Assembly: GCA_028826165.1 (NCBI GenBank) | Contig: JAPDFW010000063.1 | Coordinates: 124,001-188,000 of the forward strand | Origin: Anaeramoeba ignava BMAN | Taxonomy: Eukaryota > Protista > Anaeramoebae | Direction: 5' to 3' | DNA: 64,000 nucleotides | Shown here: positions 39,375-50,194 of the stretch, one piece after another | Layout: each line of letters opens with the position of its first letter | Numbering within the stretch: the first letter of the stretch is position 1 | Program-made: the position numbers and the translations under genes | The notes under the pieces: generated by a model | Seen by the model: the letters and a program-made list of their open reading frames with translations, nothing else | Database searches by the model: none | What the model was told of the DNA's origin: nothing

Positions 39375-41089
39375 ATGGATAATAATAATAATAACCAAAT
39401 TGAAAATGCAAATCAAAATCAAAATGAAAATGAAATGAAAAATTTAGAAAAAGTAACAAAAATTTAATTAAAAATTATTCAAACCTTTTAAATGGAAATT
39501 CATTTAAAGATTTTTCAATTTTTGTTGAGAATAAATCAAATACTTTTGAAATTAAAGTTCATAAATCAATTTTATCTTCAAGATCTCCTTTTTTTAATGA
39601 ATCATTAAGGCAAGAATCTCTTTCTATTTCTTTTAAATCAATTTAATAAAAAGAAATGGAATCAATTTTGAAATATATTTATTATGGAAATATTTCTTTT
39701 GAGAATCAAGAAAATCTTATTCAATTATTAGAAATTTCAATTTATTTTAAATTAAATTTATTGAAAGAAATTATTCAAAAAAAAATTTTAAATTCAATTA
39801 ATTATTCAAATTTTTTCCAATTTTTATTCCAAAATCGAAATTTAAATTCAAATGAAATTGAAATAAAATGTTTTGAATTAATAAATCAAAATTTTTCCCA
39901 AATTCAGAATAATGAGAATTTATTCAATTTAACTAAAGAAGAAATTATCAAATTTATTCAATTTAAACAAGAAAAAAAAGAAATTTTTCAATTTGATTTT
40001 TTTCAATTTTTAAATAATTGGATTAAAAAAAGAGTTAATTCATTAAAATTAAGGAAATATGAGAACAAAATGAATGAAAAGAAAAGATTATTTCATTCTT
40101 TTTTTTCATTATTTGATAAAGATTCAATTTCAAAACAAGATTTTGATAAATTAAAACAATTTGGTATTTTTCTTCCAAATTCTTTTTTAATTGATTTTGA
40201 AAGAACTATTTTTGAAATTCAAGATCAAGAAAAAGAAACAAAATTCAAAGAAAAAGATAAGAAAATTAAAAGAAGAGATAAAAGAATAAAATCATTTGAA
40301 TCAGAGATTCGAAATTTGAAATCTGAAAATAAGAAGAAAGAAAAAGAAAATCAAGAGATTCAAGAGAAACTCAAAAAAGAAAATGAAAAGAAAGATAAAA
40401 TTCTCAAACAAAAAGATGAAGAAATTCAAAATCTTAAATTATCTTTTGAGAAAGAAATTGAAAATCAGAAAGAAAAAATCAAAGAAATTCAAAATCAAAA
40501 TCAAAATCAAAATCAAAATGAAAATCAAAATCAATTACAAAAGATTTTTTCAGATTCAGAAATTGTTAAAGATATTGAATATGTTAAGAAATTACAAGAA
40601 TGGATAAATGATAATGATTTTTTTTCTAAAATGAAAAAAGGATTTTCAGCAAAAAGAGATGGATTTAATTCTCAAAATTGGCATAAAGCAGTTGATGGGA
40701 AAGGAAAAACATTAGTTATTATCAAAACAAAAGATAATTTTATTTTTGGAGGTTTTACTCAAGTTGGGTTTAATGGAAATACAGGATACATTAATGATTC
40801 AAATGCATTTATTTTTTCATTAAGAAATGATAAAGGGGATAGAATACCTGAAAAGTTCACAATTAAACAAGGTCAATATGCAATTTTTTCTTATTTAGAT
40901 CATGGTCCATGGTTTGGTGAAGGATATGATTTTTATTTATCTTCTAATTTACAACCTGGTGTTTCAGATTTTGGTGATAGTTATAATCTTCCTAATGGAA
41001 TTACTTATCAATCAAATGAAGCTCAAAGTTATTTAGCTGGTTCTTATTCTTCATGGGTTGTTGATGAACTTGAAACTTATTTCATTTAA
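39375..41089 (+). CDS. BTB + coiled-coil + TLDc protein; 5' part frame-disrupted, intact ORF 39656-41089
   Basis: FKDFSIFV..IKVHKSILSSRSPFF and ILKYIYYG (BTB); FSAKRDGFNSQNWHKAVDGKGKTLVIIKTKDNFIFGGFT..AFIFSL..GPWFG..ELETY (TLDc). Confidence 0.85.
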
Positions 41090-41392
41090 AAATTAATTAA
41101 TAATAAGAAAATCAAACTTTTTTTTTTTAATTTTTTTTTTCAAAATTTAATTCAATTTTAATTTACTTTTAATCAAATTAATTTCTTTAAAATAATAAAT
41201 AAGAAACAAATTTAATTTTAAATAATTTAATTTTAATTTAAAATATTTATTAAAAATTTAATTAATAAAAAATAATCCAAAAAAAAAAAAATAATAAATT
41301 TTAAAAAATTGAATATTTTTAATATAATAAATAAAAATAAAAATTGAAAATAGAAATTAATAATAATTAAATTTAAATTCATTAATTAAAAT

Positions 41393-43880
41393 AACCAACT
41401 TTTCGAGAAATGAGATATTTCAGGGAATATAACTTTAAAGCATGAAGATGCAATTTTTTTTATTAAATTTAATTAAAATTTTTGATCAAAAAAACAGTTG
41501 ATTTTTTGAAAAAAATGGAAAAAATTCAAAATGATCATAAAGCACTCCATGTTTCAAAATTTCATTTGTTTCTTTTGATTTCAAAACATATTTGAAACCA
41601 TTTTTATTAAAAGAATTTTTTTAATTTTTGTTTATTTGTGATCAGTTAACTTTCGCTTCAGAAAAATTTTGGTCCAATTTCCAATGTTGGATAAATTCCT
41701 CACCCAAACATTTCCATTTGGGAAATAACATATTTGGTGCAATTCACGAATTCCTGGAATCGGTTTTACTTTTATATTATCTTCTTCTATTTGATCAGTA
41801 AAGTTAATTCCTCTTGAATTGTTCACTTCCTCAATCATTTTTTTATAACTGTCTTCATTAAAGGGTTTATCACCTTTTAGTTTCTTCCTGTTCTCCACTT
41901 GTTTCACAATTCCGAAATGGGAATCACAGATAGAGGCCCCATGACAAGCAATAAAGAAATTGTGCTCGATGACCTTTCCTATTTGTGAACTTAGGTCGCT
42001 AAAAAAATGAAAAGTTTTCTTGTTTTTAAAATGGGAGCCATTGTCACTCCAAAAAAAAATTTTTTCCACATTCTCAAAAATCTTATCTTGATCCATTAGA
42101 TACAAAAACACACTCTTGACATAGTTATAGTCTTGTACAACTCCACATGCCAGAAAATCTGAATACTCTCTTTTAATTTCATTATTTGAATTGCGAAAAA
42201 TTTTAGTGATTAATAAGTCTGAAACCTTCCCAAATTTTTTGTTTTCTGAGTTTGCAGGGTAAAAACTACAGAAATCAAAAACTAAAATCAATTCTTTTTC
42301 TTTTAAATTTTGTTCTTGAAGTTGGTATTGATTCCTTTGATATGGATAATCTTTCTTATGCTTCTCATTATTTTCAAAACATTTCTTGCAAAAACAAGCA
42401 TCCATACAATGATGGTACAGGATCCTTCTGATATTGGTAGGTTTGTGATTCCGAAAAAAAGTATATGATCTTTCTATTTTAAAGATTTTCTTCCATATTA
42501 TCTTCAGCTTCTGGATTATTTCTTTATCTGTCATTCGTTGAACATGACGAACTTGTTTGGGGGATACTTTGGTATTTGGATCAGTATTTATGGGTTCATT
42601 GCGTTCATCAGTACGAACACTATTATACCTCCCACTTTCAACAGGATTAAAGAACAGCCATTCATCCTCTAAAAAATCTAATTCTTCTTGAGATACTTTC
42701 TGAATGGAAATTTCTGTGGAAAATTTCAATTCATAAATGTTGTTGTCACACTTTTCTAAATTGGAAACAAAAGATTGAGAACAGTTAAAAGTATTCCCAA
42801 AATCTTTTTGGTTTATATCATAATTTGTATTTTCATAAATTTGTTTCATAAAAGATCTTTTCACTTTACTTTTTTGAGAAAAATCATTAACTACTTTTTG
42901 GAGGGATTCTATTATAATTCCTTGTTGATTGTTTTTTTCATTTTCAACAACTTGATTTCTTATTGGTTGTGATTGAAGATATTCGAATATACTTTCGACT
43001 TCCTTTTGAAGATGGGGTTGAATTTGTTTGAGAATCCTTGAAATTTTCTTTTTTGGATATTTGCATTTATTGATCTCCAAATTAGGTCTTCCACTTCTTT
43101 TTTTTTCTTTTTTTTGCTCATTTAATTTTAGTTTGATTTTTGGTTTTTCTTCGGGATCTTTTTCGATCCTCCCACTGTATTCTTTGTTTCTAAATTCATT
43201 CCTTTTTTTTTTACGGTTTCCACCAGAAATTGTTTTATAATGATTCAAACGATTTCTCACTTCTTCACGATCAAGAATTAGTTGATGATTTTCTTGAACT
43301 TTCTGAATAATAAAATTTATGTCTTCTTCAGAAACGTGCGATCTTGTACTTTTGCGGATGTATTGCATCCAAAGTTGATTTGTTATCATTTAAAAAAAAA
43401 AAATTAAAAAAAAAAATGACAAAAATTTCTTTTCTTTCCTTAATAAGCATATCGGGACAAATCCCGAGATGTGGGAAAAATTAATACACAAAATAAATAT
43501 TTTATAACGAATCTTTTTTATTTTTTGATTTATTTTTGCCCACATATCGGGCCGTCTCGAGATATGAGCATTTTTAAAAAAAACTCAAAAAAAAAAATAA
43601 ATAAAGAATTCATTAAATTACATCTTCCCTCGATCCTTTTTCTTCTTGTATTCTATTCAAAAGAAATTGAAATAGTTTCTTCAACTTTGTCATTTCTCAT
43701 GGAAATTTTGTTTCCAAAAAAAAAGGGGAAATTCAAAAAAACAAAAGGGGAAGAAAATGTCCAAATTCATTTCTATCAACTCGATGAATTACAATCACCA
43801 GAAAGGAGTTGCTTCTGATTCATGATTCCCTGAATTAGAATTTTTTCCCAAAAAATATCTCATTTTAAAAAAAGTTGGTT
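41393..43880. mobile_element. 2.49-kb class II DNA transposon with ~35-bp imperfect terminal inverted repeats
   Basis: Left end AACCAACTTTTCGAGAAATGAGATATTTCAGGGAA; reverse complement of right end AACCAACTTTTTTTAAAATGAGATATTTTTTGGGAA. Encloses a transposase ORF and is higher in GC than its flanks. Confidence 0.9.
41632..43389 (-). CDS. DDD-type transposase, Sola-like (closest in motif style to Sola2)
   Basis: ILVFDF ... FFWSDNGSHFKN ... FFIACHGASICDSHFG forms a candidate RNase-H-fold triad, preceded by the Cys/His cluster HHCMDACFCKKC. Intact 585-aa ORF inside TIRs. Confidence 0.8.
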   Translation of the reverse strand: MITNQLWMQYIRKSTRSHVSEEDINFIIQKVQENHQLILDREEVRNRLNHYKTISGGNRKKKRNEFRNKEYSGRIEKDPEEKPKIKLKLNEQKKEKKRSGRPNLEINKCKYPKKKISRILKQIQPHLQKEVESIFEYLQSQPIRNQVVENEKNNQQGIIIESLQKVVNDFSQKSKVKRSFMKQIYENTNYDINQKDFGNTFNCSQSFVSNLEKCDNNIYELKFSTEISIQKVSQEELDFLEDEWLFFNPVESGRYNSVRTDERNEPINTDPNTKVSPKQVRHVQRMTDKEIIQKLKIIWKKIFKIERSYTFFRNHKPTNIRRILYHHCMDACFCKKCFENNEKHKKDYPYQRNQYQLQEQNLKEKELILVFDFCSFYPANSENKKFGKVSDLLITKIFRNSNNEIKREYSDFLACGVVQDYNYVKSVFLYLMDQDKIFENVEKIFFWSDNGSHFKNKKTFHFFSDLSSQIGKVIEHNFFIACHGASICDSHFGIVKQVENRKKLKGDKPFNEDSYKKMIEEVNNSRGINFTDQIEEDNIKVKPIPGIRELHQICYFPNGNVWVRNLSNIGNWTKIFLKRKLTDHK

Positions 43881-44399
43881 AATATTAAAATAAAAAAAAT
43901 CAAATAAAATTTATTATTAATTAATATTTAAATATTAATAAATTATAATCAAAATCAAAAAATAGAATAATTAGTAAATTATTTTTTTAGAAAGTTTATC
44001 TTATTCAATCATGTTAAATTCAATTTATTTAAAATTTTTTAATTTTTTAATTTTATTTTTTAATATATTTCATTATAATTAAAATTGGAATAATAAATAA
44101 TTAAAAATATTAATATAATAAATAAAAATATTATATCAAATTAAATTAAAATAAATTTAAATTAAATTATTATTAAATATTATTAAAGTTAAATATATAT
44201 ATCTTTATTAAAATATTTATTCCACTTTTTAATATATTTTATTATAATTAAAATTGAAATAATAAATAATCAAAAATATTAATATAATAAATAAAAATAT
44301 TATATCAATTTAAAATAAAATAAATTTAAATTAAATTATTATTAAATATTATTAAAATTAAATATTTATATTTATTAAAATATTTCAATTTTCTTTTCA

Positions 44400-44820
44400 A
44401 TTTTATTAAATTATTGGGAATAATTTTATATTATTTTAAATAAAGAAATATTAATAAATATATAAAATATAATTAATTTTAAATTTAATTATTTAATATT
44501 CTTTATTCCATTTTTGAAATAAATTAATGAAAAATATTTTATTTATTTTATTAAATTATTGGGAATAATTTTATATTATTTTAAATAAAGAAATATTAAT
44601 AAAATATATAAAATATAATTAATTTTAAATTTAATTATTTAATATTCTTTATTCCATTTTTGAAATAAATTAATTAAAATATTTTATTAATTTTATTAAA
44701 TTATTGGGAATAATTTTATATTATTTTAAATAAAGAAAAATTGATAAAATATATAAAATATAATTAATTTTAAATTTAATTATTTAATATTCTTTATTCC
44801 ATTTTTGAAATAAATTAATG
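44400..44820. repeat. 145-bp minisatellite, about 3 units (TTATTGGGAATAA...TTATTCCATTTTT family)
   Basis: GGGAATA anchors at 44416, 44561 and 44706. Confidence 0.92.
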
Positions 44821-45140
44821 AAAAAGATTTTATAATTGAAAGAAAAGAAAAACAATATAAATTTCCCAAATTAATATTAATAATGAGAAGTGAATTATAT
44901 CGAGGAATGTTTTTATCTGTAACAAATGATACTTCAAATAAAGTTACAGATTATAGTGAATTAAGTAATAAATCATTTCAAATATTTGAATATTGGATTT
45001 ATTCAAATCAAAAATGAAATTCAAATTACACAAGAAATAATTGAAGAACTTAAAATTGGAATTGATTATTTTCAAATAAATCAAACAAATCCAAATTTAT
45101 TTGATTTATTAATTAAAAAATTTAATAATCAAAATCAATA
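44817..45140 (+). pseudogene. Orphan 3' fragment of an RCC1-BTB gene (second BTB only)
   Basis: NEKDFIIERKEKQYKFPKLILIMRSELYRGMFLSV.. is nearly identical to 53447-53765. There is no start codon and it joins the minisatellite directly. Confidence 0.88.
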
Positions 45141-45377
45141 AAATAAAAAAATATTTAATTTAATAATTAATTTAATAATTAATTTAAAATAATAAATTAA
45201 AAAGAAAATTAAATTAATTATTAATTTAAATTTATTCTCATTTTTTATATTTTTATTTATTTTCAAAATCCACTTTTTTTTTATTCATTTTTTTTTTTAA
45301 ATTTTTTTTTTCATTTTTTTCCTTTTTTTTTAAAAACAAAAAACAAAAAACAAAACACAAAAAACACAAAAAACAAA

Positions 45378-46740
45378 ATGGATAATAATAATAATAATAA
45401 CCAAATTCAAAATGCAAATCAAAATCAAAATGAAAATGAAATGAAAAATTTAGAAAAAAAAGGTAATACAAAATTTAATTGAAAATTATTCAAACCTTTT
45501 AAATGGAAATTCATTTAAAGATTTTTCAATTTTTGTTGAGAATAAATCAAATACTTTTGAAATTAAAGTTCATAAATCAATTTTATCTTCAAGATCTCCT
45601 TTTTTTAATAAGTTTTTAAAAGAAGAAAATCATATCGATCAAATTTTTTTAAATCAATTTAATAAAAAAGAAATGGAATCAATTTTAAGTTATATTTATT
45701 ATGGAAATATTTCTTTTGAGAATCAAGAAAATCTTATCCAATTATTGGAAATTTCAATTTATTTTAAATTAAATTTATTGAAAGAAATTATTCAAAAAAA
45801 AATTTCAAATTCAATTAATTATTCAAATTTTTTCCAATTTTTATTCCAAAATCGAAATTTAAAATCAAATGAAATTGAAATAAAATGTTTTGAATTAATA
45901 AATCAAAATTTTTCCCAAATTCAGAATAATAAAAATTTATTCAATTTAAAAAATTATTATTCTTTATTCCATTTTTTAATTTCATGTTTTTTCTTTTCAA
46001 AAATAGGGAACAAAATTAAACAAATTTTAGCAAAATTACAAGCAAAATTACAAATCAAATCCATAAGTCCGATTTCTAAATTTTCTATATTAAACATTAT
46101 CCTCCTATTACCTTTAATCTATATACATATCAAATTATGGGAAAAAGATAAAGAAATGATAAAAATAAAACCAATTTTTGAAAAATATTTTGATTTCGAT
46201 CATTCGTTTTCAAATTCAGAAATTATTAAAGATATTGAATATGTTAAGAAATTACAAGAATGGATAAATGATAATGATTTTTTTTCTAAAATGAAAAAAG
46301 GATATTCAGCAAAAAAAGATGGATTTAATTCTCATGATTGGCATAATAAAGTTGATAATAAAGGAAAAACATTAATTATTATCCAAACAAAAGATAATTT
46401 TATTTTTGGAGGATTTACTTCAGTTGGATTTAATGGAAATAAAGGAAGGATTAATGATTCAAATGCATTTATTTTTTCACTAAGAAATGATAAAAATGAT
46501 AGAAAACTAGAAAAATTCCCAATTAAAAAAGATTATGCAATTTTTTCTCGATTAGATCATGGTCCGCATTTTAGTTGTGATTTTTGGTTAAATTCTGATT
46601 TAAAACCTGGATTTTCAAATATTGGTTGTAGCTATAATACACATAATGGAATTAAATATGATACAGACGAAGCTAAAAGTTATTTAGCTGGTTCTTATAA
46701 TTCATGGGAAGTTTATGAAATTGAGACTTATTACATTTAA
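45378..46740 (+). CDS. Chimeric BTB / hydrophobic segment / TLDc gene; 5' part frame-disrupted, ORF 45673-46740
   Basis: 45165-45950 duplicates the upstream and BTB region of the 39375 gene. From ~46085 it follows the signal-anchor-TLDc gene at 47499. Confidence 0.8.
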
Positions 46741-46834
46741 AAATTTATTTCATTTTTTATTTCAAAATTTAATTTTATTTTCATTTACTTTCAATCAAAT
46801 TAAATTCTTCAAATCAATAAATAAGAAACAATCT

Positions 46835-47455
46835 AAATTTAATTATTTAATATTTTTTATTCCATTTTTTAAATATTTAAATTAAAATATTTTATTAATT
46901 TTATTTAATTATTGGGAATAATTTTATATTATTTTAAATAAATAAAAATTGATAAAACATACGAAAATAAAATCAATTTTAAACTTAATTATTTAATATT
47001 TTTTATTCCATTTTTTAAATATTTAAATTAAAATATTTTATTAATTTTATTTAATTATTGGGAATAATTTTATATTATTTTAAATAAATAAAAATTGATA
47101 AGATATACAAAATAAAATCAATTTTAAAGTTAATTATTTAATATTTTTATTCCATTTTTAAATATTTAAATTAAAATATTTTATTAATTTTATTTAATTA
47201 TTGGGAATAATTTTATATTATTTTAAATAAATAAAAATTGATAAAACATACAAAATAAAAATCAATTTTAAATTTAATTATTTAATATTTTTTATTCCAT
47301 TTTTTAAATATTTAAATTAAAATATTTTATTAATTTTATTTAATTATTGAGAATAATTTTATATTATTTTAAATAAATAAAAATTGATAAAATATACAAA
47401 ATAAAATCAATTTTAAACTTAATTATTTAATATTTTTTATTCCATTTTTTAAATA
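46835..47455. repeat. ~145-bp minisatellite, about 4 units, same family as 44400-44820
   Basis: G(G/A)GAATA anchors at 46914, 47060, 47203 and 47349. Confidence 0.92.
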
Positions 47456-47498
47456 AATTTTTTTCATTTTTTTTTTTCATTTTTTAAAATAATTCTAA

Positions 47499-48236
47499 AT
47501 GAAATTCTTAAATTCTATTTGGATATATTCTATATTAAACTTTATTGTTATAATAACCTTAAGCTATTCATATATAAAATTATGGGAAAAAGATAAAGAA
47601 ATAGGAAAAAAAAAACCAATTTTTGAAAAATATTTTGATTTCGATCATTCGTTTTCAGATTCAGAAATTATTAAAGATATTGAATATGTTAAGAAATTAA
47701 AAGAATGGATAAATGATGATGAATTCTTTTACAAAATGAAAAAAGGATATTCAGCAAAAAAAGATGGATTTAATTCTTATGATTGGCATAATAAAGTTGA
47801 TAATAAAGGAAAAACATTAATTATTATCCAAACAAAAGATAATTTTATTTTTGGAGGATTTACTTCAGTTGGATATACAGATGATAAATCAAAATGGAAT
47901 GAAGCACAAAGAAATTATTCAGGAGGATTTATTAATGATTCAAAAGCATTTATTTTTTCACTAAGAAACGATAAAAATGATAGAAAACCAGAGAAATTCC
48001 CAATTAAAAAAGGTCAAGAACATTATGCAATATTCTCTCATCCAAATAATGGTCCAAATTTTGGAAATGGTCCAGATTTTTCTTTAGTTTCTAATTTACA
48101 ACCTGGGAATTCAAATTTTGGGAATACTTATAATTTGCCTATTGGAATGGAATATGATACAAATGAAGCTAAAAGTTATTTAGCTGGTTCTTATAATTCA
48201 TGGGAAGTTTATGAAATTGAGACTTATTACATTTAA
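47499..48236 (+). CDS. TLDc-domain protein with an N-terminal signal peptide/anchor
   Basis: Hydrophobic N-terminus IWIYSILNFIVIITLSYSYI followed by a complete TLDc domain. Confidence 0.88.
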   Translation: MKFLNSIWIYSILNFIVIITLSYSYIKLWEKDKEIGKKKPIFEKYFDFDHSFSDSEIIKDIEYVKKLKEWINDDEFFYKMKKGYSAKKDGFNSYDWHNKVDNKGKTLIIIQTKDNFIFGGFTSVGYTDDKSKWNEAQRNYSGGFINDSKAFIFSLRNDKNDRKPEKFPIKKGQEHYAIFSHPNNGPNFGNGPDFSLVSNLQPGNSNFGNTYNLPIGMEYDTNEAKSYLAGSYNSWEVYEIETYYI

Positions 48237-48348
48237 AAACCTTTTCTTTTCTTTTTCTTTTTATTCAATCAAAAAAATAATAAATGGAAAACGAAAATTG
48301 AATTTTGATTTTTAATTTAAATTTGATTTTTGATTTTTAATTTTGATT

Positions 48349-50087
48349 TTAATTATTAAATTCTTTGTTAATTAATAAATCAAATAAATTTGGATTTGTT
48401 TGATTTAATTGAAAATAATCAATTCCAGTTTTAAGTTCATCAATAATTTGTTTTGTAATTTGAATATCTTCTTTAATTTGATTTGAATAAATCCAATATT
48501 CAAATATTTGGAATGATTTATTACTTAATTCACTATAATCTGTAACTTTATTTGATTTATCTTCAGTTACAGATAAAAACATTCCTTGATATAATTCACT
48601 TCTCATTATTAATATTAATTTAGGAAATTTATATTGTTTTTCTTTTCTTTCAATTATAAAATCTTTTTCATTTTCATTTAAATAAATTCTTTTCATTGTT
48701 TCTTCAATTTTTTCATTTGAATTTATAATTTCTTTAATTTCAGAATATAATTTTGGATTTATAATTCTGTTTGAATAAATCATTTCAAATATTTGATTTG
48801 ATTCTTTAATTGATTTTTTGAAATAATTTCTTTAAGTTTTTCAATTTGATTTTGATTTAATCTATATTTCAATATTAATTTATGAGCTTCAATTATTTCT
48901 CCATTTTTGGTTTTAAATGAAATATCACAAAATTCTTTTCTTTTAAATAATTTTATCAAATCTTCTTCAAGATTGGAAAAAGAAAGGAAAGGAGAATAAT
49001 AAAGAAATGAATTGAAATATCCACAAGAAAGATGATAATTGTAAATATTTTCATTAAATCTTAATTCAGGAAGTTCAATTTGAATTGGAATTAATTGATT
49101 ATTTGTATCTCCAGTTCCTAATTGACCATATTGATTATATCCAAATTCTATTAATTTTGATTTAGAAGTTAAAATCAAACTGTGTGAATCTCCACAAGAA
49201 ATTTCAAGAATAATATTATCATTTTCAAATAAAGATGATTTGATTTCAGTAAATTCATAAGTATTTTGATCTTTGCCAAGTCCATTAAATTGATAATATC
49301 CACATGAATAAAGTTTTCTTTTTGGATTTTCATTTTCATTTTCAATCAACATTATTGAATGATAATATCCACATTGAATATCAATTATTTTACCTTTTGG
49401 AATATTTCTGATTTTAGTTAATTTATAGATATTTTCTTCTTTTATTGATTCTTCTAATCCAAGTTGACCATATTCATTATTTCCAGATACAAATAATTCT
49501 TGATTTGAATTTAAAAGAAAAACATTTTTTGAAGAATTTCCTGAAAATATTTTAGAAACATTTTTCATTATTAAAATTGGTTTTTTTGATTGCTTTTGTG
49601 ATTTTTTTAAACCAAGTTGACCAAATTGATTTGAACCAATCCCATAAGCATTATGATTTGAGGTTAATAAGTAAATTGAATATCTTCCAGAAACAATATC
49701 TTGAATTACTCTATCTTTTTTATTTTTTATTAATGATGAAATATTGATAAATTTATTTGGATTTTTTGGATTAATATCTTTTCCTTTTGCAAATACATTT
49801 CCTTCTATTGTTAAAATAGCTTCATTATAACCATCAACAGTTACTTTTTGAATATTTTCAATTTGAATTTTTTCAGGATTTTGTTTTGAATCATTTTTAT
49901 TTAAGTATTCTATTGCTTTTCCATTTTCGAAAAGGAAAATTGTTGAATAATGACTCGATGAAATTTGTTTAATTTTTTTTTCATTTTCATTTTCAAATTT
50001 AAATTGAATTGGTTTTGTTATTTTATCTGGTTTATTTTTTAAAAGTTTTGGTTCATCATTATAACCAAAAAATAAGCAATCATTCAT
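48349..50087 (-). CDS. RCC1-repeat + BTB-BTB protein, paralogue A (1-bp indel at ~48815)
   Basis: GSNQFGQLG, GNNEYGQLG and ISCGDSHSLIL..GYNQYGQLG RCC1 blades; FCDISFK..IEAHKLILKYR BTB; continues into the 48349-48783 ORF. Confidence 0.88.
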
Positions 50088-50194
50088 TTCTGAAAAGTAA
50101 AAAAATGAAAAAAAATGAAAAAAATAAAAGATTTAAATTTTAATTTTAATTTTAATTTTAATTTTAATTTTAATTTTAATTTTTTAATTTTGGT

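Noticed and set aside
43471-43818. Second ORF in the transposon (115 aa, + strand)
   Set aside because: GTG start, no recognisable motifs, and it overlaps the probable transposase promoter region.
38025-47455. CRISPR-like arrays
   Set aside because: The whole ~145-bp unit repeats with no unique spacers; there are no cas genes and the context is eukaryotic.
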